Of a DNA stretch of 64,000 bases, positions 9,107 to 17,735 are shown one piece after another; position 1 is the first letter of the stretch; each line of letters starts with the position of its first letter. Source of the DNA: Planctomycetota bacterium (GTDB lineage Bacteria > Planctomycetota > B15-G4); contig CBDFJQ010000002.1 in assembly GCA_965248575.1 (NCBI GenBank), positions 3,168,001 through 3,232,000 on the forward strand, read 5' to 3'. The position numbers were made by a program, and so were the translations under genes. The notes beneath the pieces were generated by a model. It did no database searches, was not told the DNA's origin, and saw only the letters and a list, made by a program, of their open reading frames with translations.

Positions 9107-11378
9107 CGGCCGTCACCGGCGCGCCCAGACGTGCTTGCTCCGCGGCGACCACGAGCTTGGCCAGCGAGGTTTCCGTCGCTTCGGCGCTCGCCGCCTTGAT
9201 CACGCTGTCCTTGGCGTAGCGCACGAACAACTCCTGCTTGCCTTCGAGCAGTTCCTTGATGCGCTCGTCTACGCTGTCCCGGGCGAAGAGGCGGTGCACC
9301 ACCACGCGTTCCGTCTGCCCCATGCGATGGGCGCGGGCGATGGCCTGTTCTTCGGTAGACGGCTTCCACTGCGGCTCGAAGAGCACCACCACCGAAGCCG
9401 CCTGTAGGTTGAGCCCCACTCCTGCAGCGGTGATCTGGCCCAGCAACACCGCGTGGCCCTCGTGATCCCGAAAGCGCTGCATGAGCAGCTCGCGATCCTC
9501 GAGGCTCACATCGCCGTGGATGGTGCCCAAGGCAGCGAGGCGGCGCTCCAGTGCAGCCAACACATCCCGGAAGTAGGAGAAGACGAGCACCTTCTTACCC
9601 GCTTCGGCGTGCTCGTCCACCAGGTCCACGAGGCGCCCGAGCTTGCTCGAGTACGGCACCGCCGCTTGCCCCGCGCTCCAGTCGCCGATGCTCGACGCCC
9701 GACGCATGGCCATGATGTTTCCGCTGGCCACCGCCTCGCTGTAGGCCGTGGTCTCTGCAGCATCCAGCTCGACCCACTCCTCCTTGTCGAGGCGCGGGGG
9801 CAGCTCGTGTAGGACGTCCGTCTGGTTGCGGCGCAGGTAGACCCCCGCCACCTGTTGCGCAAAGGCCGCCGGGTCGATGTACGACTCGTCGGGATCCCAC
9901 GCGTCGTCGTCCAGCAACTTGGGCCGCAGCAGGTGCACCAGCATCCGGAACTCGTCCAGCCGATTCTCGATGGGCGTGCCCGTCATGAGGCACACGCGCC
10001 GGGTCATGGGCAACAGCTGCATCACTGCCTGCGTGCGCGACGCCTCAGGGTTCTTGAGGAAATGCGCCTCGTCCGCCACGAGCATGTCGAGGGATTCTGG
10101 CAGGGATTCATCCACCTCCATCAGGCGCAGCGTGGAATAGGACGTGACCGCCACCCCACCATGCTCGATCCACTCGTTGAGTGCCCGCTCGCGACCCGAG
10201 CCGCGCAGGGTGTGCACCTTGAATGACGTGCGCGCCGCGATCTCCCGGCCCCAACTCGGCACCACGGTCGCGGGCGCCACCACCAGGAAGCGCTTGCCCT
10301 CCCCCACGGCTCGCAGATGCACCATGGCCGCCAGGGACTGCATGGTCTTGCCGAGCCCCATGTCGTCCCCCAGGATCGTGCGCTCCTGCACCAACAGGAA
10401 ACGCGCGCCGAAATCCTGATAGCGACGCAGCACCACCGAGAGACCGTCCACCTGGAGCTTGAGGGCCTCCACACGCTGGACGATCTGGTCCGGCAGGCGC
10501 GTCCCCGCTTCGGGGTCCACAGGGGCCAACTTCGCCTCGCGTGGGGAGAGCACACCCTCCAACACGCTCACCACTTCGGCGTGCTGCTCGCGGTAGCTGC
10601 GCTTCAGCGTCTCTAGATCGGGGGTGGGTTCCCGCAGCTTCTGGTCCACCTCCTCCCGCAACCGCCGCGCCTCGCCGCCCAGATCCTCCAGCACCAGCTG
10701 TGCATCACCGTGCAACTGGTCGGAACGCGCGATGACGGCATCGCGATCACCGCGGGCCGCCGAACCGAAGATCCACTTGCCGAAGCTGCTCTCGCCCTTG
10801 ACGTCTGTGAGTCGCTCGCGCAGAGCACCGTGCTCTTCGCGCAGCTTCTGGGTCATGGGGCCCAAGGTCTTGCGCGCCGCCGCCATGTCCAAGCCGCGCT
10901 TCACCAGCTCAGGGGCGTGGCTTTGCTTGAGGTCTGCTTCCGGCGCCGCCACGGAGCGCCCTGCGATCTGCTCATCGAGACGCTTGGCGGCCTGGCGGAT
11001 GCGCTGGGCCGACACGGCCCCCACCCCTTTGACGGCCGTCAACGCACGGGTGGACGAACCGCGCACGTCGGCCAGGCTCCGGTAGCCACCGTCATGCAAC
11101 GAAGCCCAGCGCACGTTCTTCGCGCCCGCATCCTTGAGCGTTTCGACGGGTGTCGACGCGCGCAGCTCGTCGCGGCGATCCTCGGCGTAGGCTGCGGCTG
11201 CTCGGCCCAAGGCTTCGGATGGCTGCTCAAGCCCATGGGCAGTGGCTTTGGTCTCGGACCCCACGGCCCGCACGGACTTTCTAGCCCGTCGCGCAGCGCG
11301 TGACACCCCGGAGGACCGGTAGCCGACATAGGTCCCGCCACTCAGCAGGGCACCCAAGGCAAACAAGAGCTCAAACAT
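9054..11378 (-). CDS. SNF2-family DNA helicase/translocase with N-terminal hydrophobic anchor and HhH motif
   Basis: LGDDMGLGKT, DEAH, MTGTPIENRLDE, AAGVGLNLQAA, QAIARAHRMGQ; HhH-like LTAVKGVGAVSA; likely start MFELLFALGALL at 11378. Confidence 0.9.
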   Translation of the reverse strand: MFELLFALGALLSGGTYVGYRSSGVSRAARRARKSVRAVGSETKATAHGLEQPSEALGRAAAAYAEDRRDELRASTPVETLKDAGAKNVRWASLHDGGYRSLADVRGSSTRALTAVKGVGAVSAQRIRQAAKRLDEQIAGRSVAAPEADLKQSHAPELVKRGLDMAAARKTLGPMTQKLREEHGALRERLTDVKGESSFGKWIFGSAARGDRDAVIARSDQLHGDAQLVLEDLGGEARRLREEVDQKLREPTPDLETLKRSYREQHAEVVSVLEGVLSPREAKLAPVDPEAGTRLPDQIVQRVEALKLQVDGLSVVLRRYQDFGARFLLVQERTILGDDMGLGKTMQSLAAMVHLRAVGEGKRFLVVAPATVVPSWGREIAARTSFKVHTLRGSGRERALNEWIEHGGVAVTSYSTLRLMEVDESLPESLDMLVADEAHFLKNPEASRTQAVMQLLPMTRRVCLMTGTPIENRLDEFRMLVHLLRPKLLDDDAWDPDESYIDPAAFAQQVAGVYLRRNQTDVLHELPPRLDKEEWVELDAAETTAYSEAVASGNIMAMRRASSIGDWSAGQAAVPYSSKLGRLVDLVDEHAEAGKKVLVFSYFRDVLAALERRLAALGTIHGDVSLEDRELLMQRFRDHEGHAVLLGQITAAGVGLNLQAASVVVLFEPQWKPSTEEQAIARAHRMGQTERVVVHRLFARDSVDERIKELLEGKQELFVRYAKDSVIKAASAEATETSLAKLVVAAEQARLGAPVTADATAGDGDPTERDAARL

Positions 11379-11479
11379 CTGCGCAGGATACCCAACCCAC
11401 CCGTTTCCAGGCACCACTGCGGAGGGGGCGCGGGAATGCCCGCTGGACGTGGGAGGCCTCGCAACGATGATGGTCGGCC

Positions 11480-11510
11480 GGGCACATTGCAGGGCACATT
11501 GCCGGGCACC
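11480..11510. repeat. Short 12-nt-period direct repeat in a divergent intergenic region
   Basis: GGGCACATTGC-A-GGGCACATTGC-C-GGGCACC seen directly. Confidence 0.6.
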
Positions 11511-11548
11511 TCGCCGGCTACACCAAGGACACGTGGCAGGAGCAGCAC

Positions 11549-12910
11549 ATGGGCACGACCTCAGCACCAGAGCAATCCGGCGACGGCGGAAGCAAGTGGA
11601 AGGTGGGCATCCCACTCATCTTGCTCGTCGTGGTGGGATTCGTCGTCGCCTTCCAGTTCGTGGGGCCGCCACCTCCCAAGGAACTCACCTTGGCCACCGG
11701 ATCCGAAGGAGGGGCGTACCACCAGTTCGGTGAGCTCTACCGCGTGCAATTGGCAGCTTCCGGAATCGACCTTCGCCTGCTTCCGACCGCGGGCTCCATC
11801 GAGAACATCGCGCACCTGCGCGACGGCAGCGCCGACATCGCCTTCGTCCAAGGCGGCACCGTGGACGAACCCGCGAACGATGCAAACGACGGGAGCGACG
11901 ACAGCCGCGTGCTGGAGGGCATCGGCAGCCTCTACTTCGAGCCGCTGTGGGTCTTCCATCGCGCCGAGCTCGAACTCGAGATCCTGGCAGACCTCGCCGG
12001 CTTGCGGATCCAGATCGGCGGCTTGGGTAGCGGCACGAACGTCCTGTCCCGCACGCTGCTGAAAGCCTGCGGTGTCACCGAGGCCAACAGCACGCTCCAG
12101 GAGCTCGACCCCGACGCGGCGACAGCCGCCCTCCTGGCGGGCGGGTTGGACGCGCTGCTCGTGGTCAGCGGCCCCAAGGGCGACACGGTGCAGACCCTCA
12201 TGGCTCAAGAGGGCCTCGCGCTCACGCTGCTCGACGTGGACCGCAGCCACAGCGTGACCCAGGTCTTCCGCAGCCTCAGCCCCGTCTTGCTCAGCGAAGG
12301 CCTGCTGAACCTGGACCTGAATGTTCCCGACCGGGACGTCCAGCTCGTGGCACCGACGGCCTCCCTCATCGCCACCGAGGACCTGCACCCGGCGCTGGTG
12401 CCGCTCTTCATCTCCGCAGCCGAGAAGCTGCACGGCAAGGGCGCACTCTTCGAGGACGAAGGCCAGTTCCCCTCGGCCATGGGCCTGGATGTCGAACCAA
12501 GCGTCGCCGCGGCGACCTACTACAAGTCGGGCCCGTCCTTCCTCTACCGCATCTTCCCCTTCGGTACGGCCGCCATGCTGGACCGGCTGAAGATCATGTT
12601 GCTGCCCTTGCTCACGCTGTTGCTGCCGCTGATGAAAGTGGCGCCGCCGCTCTACCGCTGGAGCATCCGCTCCAAGATCTACCGCTGGTACAAGGTCTTG
12701 CACCAGGTGGACAGCGGCGTGCACCGCGCTGCCGCTAGCGCCGACCTGAGCCCCTTCGAGGCCGAGTTGGCGCGAGTCGAGAAGGAGATCGTGGAGGTGA
12801 AGGTGCCGCCGTCCTATGGCGAGGAAGCCTACAACCTGCGCATGCATCTCGCGCTGACCCGGAAACGCCTCGCGGAACGCAAAGCTGCGTCGGAACACGC
12901 TGAGTCCTGA
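11549..12910 (+). CDS. TAXI-family TRAP solute-binding protein with C-terminal membrane helix
   Basis: LATGSEGGAY, TAGSIENI, DIAFVQGG, SLYFEPLWVF, GSGT; C-terminal TM LLPLLTLLLPL then YRWSIRSKIYRWY. Confidence 0.85.
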   Translation: MGTTSAPEQSGDGGSKWKVGIPLILLVVVGFVVAFQFVGPPPPKELTLATGSEGGAYHQFGELYRVQLAASGIDLRLLPTAGSIENIAHLRDGSADIAFVQGGTVDEPANDANDGSDDSRVLEGIGSLYFEPLWVFHRAELELEILADLAGLRIQIGGLGSGTNVLSRTLLKACGVTEANSTLQELDPDAATAALLAGGLDALLVVSGPKGDTVQTLMAQEGLALTLLDVDRSHSVTQVFRSLSPVLLSEGLLNLDLNVPDRDVQLVAPTASLIATEDLHPALVPLFISAAEKLHGKGALFEDEGQFPSAMGLDVEPSVAAATYYKSGPSFLYRIFPFGTAAMLDRLKIMLLPLLTLLLPLMKVAPPLYRWSIRSKIYRWYKVLHQVDSGVHRAAASADLSPFEAELARVEKEIVEVKVPPSYGEEAYNLRMHLALTRKRLAERKAASEHAES

Positions 12911-12955
12911 GAGCCACGGCCCAGCACCTGGAACGCTGATGCCGTAAGGGGCGCC

Positions 12956-14671
12956 ATGCACACTTCGATTGCCTTGACCAGCGCGACCCTTGCACTGCTC
13001 CTCTGGAGCTGCGGCGAGGGAACAACGCCCCGTGACGAGGGCTCCCTCTCTACCGGCGCCCACTGGTTCACCGACGCCACGACCGAGGTCGGCCTCGACT
13101 TCACCCACACCGAGGGCGAGGAGCAGTGGGACATCCGGCCCACCATGGGGCCGGGCGCAGCCTGGGCCGACGTGAACGGAGACGGCAGCCCCGACCTCTA
13201 TGTGGTGGGCGGGCGCGAGCAAACCGGGCGCCTGTTCCTCAACGATGGCAGCGGGCGCTTCAGCGATGTCACCGCCGACTGGGGTCTGGGGGCGCCTGCC
13301 GGTGCCACGGCTCGCGGCGACTCGGGCATGGGCGCCTGCTTCGCCGACTGGGATGGCGACGGCGACCAGGATCTCTACGTCAGCAACGACGGTCCCAACG
13401 TCATGTGGCGCAATGACGGGCAGCGCTTCACGGACATCACCGCTGCAGCCGGCACGGGCGATGCCCGCTGGGGCGCCAGCAGCACCTTCGGCGACGTGGA
13501 CGGGGACGGCGACCTCGACCTCTTCCTCACCAACTACCTCGAGTTCGACCTGACGCTGATCCCGCCGGAGGACAGCGAGGCAGCGCGCCGGCGCGAAGAC
13601 CCCATCGCCATGCTGCCCTATGTGTTCCCGGGCCAGCCCAACGTGCTCTACCGCAACGAAGGCGACGGACACTTCATCGACGTCACCGAGGCCGCCGGAC
13701 TGCTGGCCCCCGACGGCAAGAGCCTGGGCGCCGCCTTCCTGGACGCAGACGAAGACGGCGACCTCGACCTCTATGTGGCCAACGACACCACCCCCAACAC
13801 CTACTGGGTGAACGACGGCACGGGCCGCTTCGAAGAGCTCTCGCTCTTCGTGGGCCTCGACGACCCGCGCGGTGGAATGGGCCTCGCGCCCGGCGACATC
13901 GATGGGGATGGCGACTTCGACCTGCTGCTCACCAACTGGCAGCTCGAACCCAACGCCCTCTACCGCAACAACCACCGTCACGGGCCCAGCAAGCGCAAGT
14001 TCATGCCGCGCTTTGAGGACATCGCCGTACACGCTGGCCTGGCCCAGAGGTCCGTGGGCTATGTGGGCTGGGGCTGCGTGCTGGCCGACCTCGACAACGA
14101 CGGCGACCTCGACACCTTCGTGGCCAACGGCTACACGAGCCCCGACTACGAGACGACCATGATCTGCGTCGGTCAACGGGACCAGTTGTTCGAGAACGTC
14201 AGCCAGCCCGGAGCCTTGGCTGCACACAAGGAGGTGCCTCGTTGGGAACTCGTCGAAGCGGAACGCGCTGGCTCGTGGGCCGAGCGCGAACTGCCCTCAC
14301 GTGGTCTGGCCGCCGCCGACGCCGACGGCGACGGCGACCTCGACCTGGTGATCACCGCCAACAACGGCCCGCTGGTCTACTTGCGCAACGAGACGGGCGG
14401 CCGGTCGCTGCGCGTGGTCCTGGAAGGCAAGGCGCCCAACACAGCAGCCATCGGCGCGCGGGTGGAGCTGCACTGCGCGGACGAGAGCACGTTCGCGGCC
14501 ATCACGACGGCAGGCGCGGGCTACCTGGGTGGGCACGAGAACGGTGTTCGCTTCGGGCTGGGTGACAAGCAGCCCGTGAGCGTCAGCGTTCGTTGGCCCG
14601 ACGGCCACGAAAGTTCAGCGAACGTCCAACCCGGAAGCTCGCAGATCTCGATCCAGCAGCCGAGAGGCTAG
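12956..14671 (+). CDS. CRTAC1/ASPIC-UnbV family FG-GAP repeat lipoprotein
   Basis: Multiple DxDGDGDLDL repeats, RGLAAADADGDGDLDLV, C-terminal NTAAIGARV...FGLG...VRWPDG (UnbV). Confidence 0.88.
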   Translation: MHTSIALTSATLALLLWSCGEGTTPRDEGSLSTGAHWFTDATTEVGLDFTHTEGEEQWDIRPTMGPGAAWADVNGDGSPDLYVVGGREQTGRLFLNDGSGRFSDVTADWGLGAPAGATARGDSGMGACFADWDGDGDQDLYVSNDGPNVMWRNDGQRFTDITAAAGTGDARWGASSTFGDVDGDGDLDLFLTNYLEFDLTLIPPEDSEAARRREDPIAMLPYVFPGQPNVLYRNEGDGHFIDVTEAAGLLAPDGKSLGAAFLDADEDGDLDLYVANDTTPNTYWVNDGTGRFEELSLFVGLDDPRGGMGLAPGDIDGDGDFDLLLTNWQLEPNALYRNNHRHGPSKRKFMPRFEDIAVHAGLAQRSVGYVGWGCVLADLDNDGDLDTFVANGYTSPDYETTMICVGQRDQLFENVSQPGALAAHKEVPRWELVEAERAGSWAERELPSRGLAAADADGDGDLDLVITANNGPLVYLRNETGGRSLRVVLEGKAPNTAAIGARVELHCADESTFAAITTAGAGYLGGHENGVRFGLGDKQPVSVSVRWPDGHESSANVQPGSSQISIQQPRG

Positions 14672-14693
14672 GCACCCTCCCCACTCCGTCCGC

Positions 14694-17462
14694 CTACCGC
14701 TTCCGCCCGCGCGAGGTGCCCGCCTTCTTCTTGCTGTCGCTCGTCCCTGCCGGCAACAGCACGACCCCTTCGCGTTGGACGCGGCTGGAGATGACGAAGC
14801 TCGTGCCTTTGTAGCTGTCGTAGCCCTTGGCGCGTACGGACAGGCTGTACTCGCCCGGCGGCAGGACGTCGAACACCACCTGCTCGGGTGTCCCGCGCGG
14901 AGACGAACGGCGCAAGACTTCGTACACCCGATCGGAGCCGATGGTGCGCACCGTCACCCGTGGACGCTTGACCGGGTCGCCGTACTCGTCGGTGATCTCC
15001 AGCACCAGGTCGCCGGTCGCCGGCAATCGGTAGCTGCGCTCAATGGCCGGGCCCGGCCGAACAGACAGGGGTTGCTCCTCCAACCAGCCGCTGTTGCCGG
15101 ACGCCAGGCGATAGACACCCCCTTCGCCGAGGTTGAAGCCGGCGAAGCCCTTGCTGTCGGTGCGTCGGCTGGGCCCCTTGCGGCGCAGCTTCTTGCGCTG
15201 CTTCGCGCTGCTGTCGGCAGGAAGCTCTTCCACCACGCGCACACTAAAGCCCGGTATCGGCGTGCCCGCGGTGTCCGTCACCGTCACCCGCAGCACCGCC
15301 GCCGGTGAGATGTACACCTGCACGGCCGGCGGTGCGCTGGCGCCGTCGAATTGCACCGCCGCGCTGCGGGTCTCGACGTAGTCCAGGGACATGACCTTGA
15401 TGCGGTAGCGCCCGGTCCCTGGCAACTCGGCGCTGAAGGCACCGGGCGCGTCCGGCGCACGCTCCACCTGCGCCTGGATCTCCTTGAACTCGAGCCCCTT
15501 CTTGGTCTCCCGCTCCTGCTCCAATCTGGCGAGGAAGTCTTCCACCGGCAAACCGGTGGCGCTGTCGAGCACCGTGCCCTCCCAGCTCACGATGGGCTCG
15601 AGCGTGATGACCATCTCGCCCACCCAGTCCGAGAGCTGCGGCACCACCTCACGCTGCTGGCGATAGCCCTTGGCCACAGCCTCCACGCGAGCCTTCGCCC
15701 CCTCCTCGAAGGGACCGAGCCGGAAGCGCCCCTCGGCGTCGCTGTGCACCGCCATCGAGCGGCGCTCCCAGACGCTCGCGCCGGGGATGGGCACGCCGAA
15801 GGGGTCCTGCACGCGCCCCTCCAGCCAGACGCCCGTCTGGATGTCGAGAGTCACCGCCTCGGTGGGCAGGCCGTCGGCCAGGTCCACCTCTACCGGCAAG
15901 CTCTGCTCGCCTCCGTAGCGCGCCTGCACGAAGAGTCGGTCCACGTCCGGCGAAGACCGGGCGTGCACCAAGCTCGCGCGGCCGCCGGCGCCTGTCGTCA
16001 CCAAGCTGCGCTCATCCGGCCCGGTGCCGGACTGCACCGCCACCTGCGCGCCCACCAACAGCTCGCCGTCCGAAGTGACCACCAGCTCAAGAGGCACGGG
16101 CTCTGCCAGGCGGACGATCACGGCTTCGTCAGACTTGCGGCTGCGCACACGAGCCAGACCGCGCCAGCCGTCGTCATTCGTGGCCGCAACGCGCAAGGCA
16201 GCCTGCCCGTCCCAGTCCTCCAAGGTGAAGGCGAAGGCGCCCGACGCATCGGCCGTGGCCCGCGCCAGCACCTCACCACCCGCCAGGAGTTGCAGCGCGG
16301 CAGCCTCCACCCGCTGCTCGTCGATGCCGATGGCCACGTGCCCGAACACCTGCTCCAAGGGCTGGAGGTAGACCACCACCTCCTCCTCGTCGGCCAAGGG
16401 GCGGTTCTCGTAGTGAGCCATGCGGCGCGGCACATAGCCCTCCGCGGCCACCTCGAGCACGAAGCCCGAGGTCGGCATGGCCTCCAGCAGGAAGCGGCCC
16501 TCCTCGTCTGTCACGACGCTCTGCTCGAAAACGGTCTCCGAGCGGCTCTCCAGTTCGCTGGGGCCCGCAGACTCGCTGCCAAGGGCGCGCGCTTCCACGT
16601 CCATGCGGAAGCGCACTTCGGCCCCAGCCAGGGGCTGCTTGTTCTCGCGCTCCAGCACCTGCCCCGTGATGTCCGTGCCCGCTGGCAGGGTGAGCTCCAG
16701 CGGCTCCCAGCCCGGCAGCACCTCCGTGGCGATGGCCACGCCATGCCCCGGCGCCCAAGCCGCTACCGTGACGCTCTCGAAGGGCAGCGGCGACAGATGG
16801 AAAGCGCCGTCGGCGTCGGTGACTCCCGCCACCGATTCCGCGTCGCCCAGCACAAGCACGCGCGCCTCCTCCAGCAGCTCGCCGCCCTCCTCGGTCTGCA
16901 CGACGCCCTCAACCCAGCGGGGGTCCTGCAGGCTCACGAGCAACTCGTCCGAGGCGGCCACGTGGTCCACCCGCACGCGTGCCCACTCAAGGCCGCCAGC
17001 GAGCAGCGCGTGTCGACAGCCGGAGCGCGCCGGCATTCGGAAGCCACCGTCGGGCCCCGTGCGCGCGCCACCAGTCTTGACCGAGAGTTCGCCGTCCTCC
17101 AGCTCATCCTGCCAGGGGTCGTTCACGACGTAGAGCAACACAGGGACACCCACCAGCGCCGTACCGGAAGGGTCGACCACCTTGCCCGTCACCCAGCCGT
17201 CCGCGGGGATCGCCAGATTGGGAGCGATCTCCCCCTCAGTCGGTCCCGGCTCCTGGGCCGCGCTCAGCTGCTCCGGCTTGGACACCTGCTCGAGAAGACC
17301 CTCAAGCGCGGACCCTCCCCCCACATCAGGCTCCGCGACACGCCCCGGCGACGGCCTCGGCGCAGCTTCTCCCACCGGCGACGCCTCGGACTCCAGCAGG
17401 AACACCGTCAGGCCCAGCAGGGCCAGAAGGGCAAAAACGCAGAGCAGGAGACGTACGGACAA
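14694..17462 (-). CDS. Carboxypeptidase-regulatory-like (Cna-B/transthyretin-like) repeat surface protein
   Basis: Repeated G.V.D..G.P..GA.V and TDxxGxF motifs; N-terminal TM anchor. Confidence 0.8.
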   Translation of the reverse strand: MSVRLLLCVFALLALLGLTVFLLESEASPVGEAAPRPSPGRVAEPDVGGGSALEGLLEQVSKPEQLSAAQEPGPTEGEIAPNLAIPADGWVTGKVVDPSGTALVGVPVLLYVVNDPWQDELEDGELSVKTGGARTGPDGGFRMPARSGCRHALLAGGLEWARVRVDHVAASDELLVSLQDPRWVEGVVQTEEGGELLEEARVLVLGDAESVAGVTDADGAFHLSPLPFESVTVAAWAPGHGVAIATEVLPGWEPLELTLPAGTDITGQVLERENKQPLAGAEVRFRMDVEARALGSESAGPSELESRSETVFEQSVVTDEEGRFLLEAMPTSGFVLEVAAEGYVPRRMAHYENRPLADEEEVVVYLQPLEQVFGHVAIGIDEQRVEAAALQLLAGGEVLARATADASGAFAFTLEDWDGQAALRVAATNDDGWRGLARVRSRKSDEAVIVRLAEPVPLELVVTSDGELLVGAQVAVQSGTGPDERSLVTTGAGGRASLVHARSSPDVDRLFVQARYGGEQSLPVEVDLADGLPTEAVTLDIQTGVWLEGRVQDPFGVPIPGASVWERRSMAVHSDAEGRFRLGPFEEGAKARVEAVAKGYRQQREVVPQLSDWVGEMVITLEPIVSWEGTVLDSATGLPVEDFLARLEQERETKKGLEFKEIQAQVERAPDAPGAFSAELPGTGRYRIKVMSLDYVETRSAAVQFDGASAPPAVQVYISPAAVLRVTVTDTAGTPIPGFSVRVVEELPADSSAKQRKKLRRKGPSRRTDSKGFAGFNLGEGGVYRLASGNSGWLEEQPLSVRPGPAIERSYRLPATGDLVLEITDEYGDPVKRPRVTVRTIGSDRVYEVLRRSSPRGTPEQVVFDVLPPGEYSLSVRAKGYDSYKGTSFVISSRVQREGVVLLPAGTSDSKKKAGTSRGRKR

Positions 17463-17735
17463 GGGCTGATCCGGTGGCGAGAGACGAAAGACGGCAAACG
17501 GCCCGTGGGCTCGGAGTGAACGACCTTAACCGAGTCCCTGAACGTCCATGAACACGGGCGTCAAGCTTCGGTCGCGGTGGAGGCTGCAAACGAAAGGGGG
17601 CCGGACACTGATAGGACATCGGCAATCGTGACGTGACGGCGCACAATGAGGGTCTTCTCCTCCTCAGGCCCCGGGCCGCCTGAAGTCCCCGTGGCAGGGC
17701 CTCATCTCCGGGAGGATTGTCTGGAGGACCCGCTC

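Noticed and set aside
11561..14227. 888-aa antisense ORF (similarly 15351-17519, 36999-38777, 41777-43393, 50236-53169, 54916-56793, 61126-63459)
   Set aside because: Shadow ORFs opposite well-supported genes, expected in high-GC DNA, with no recognisable motifs.
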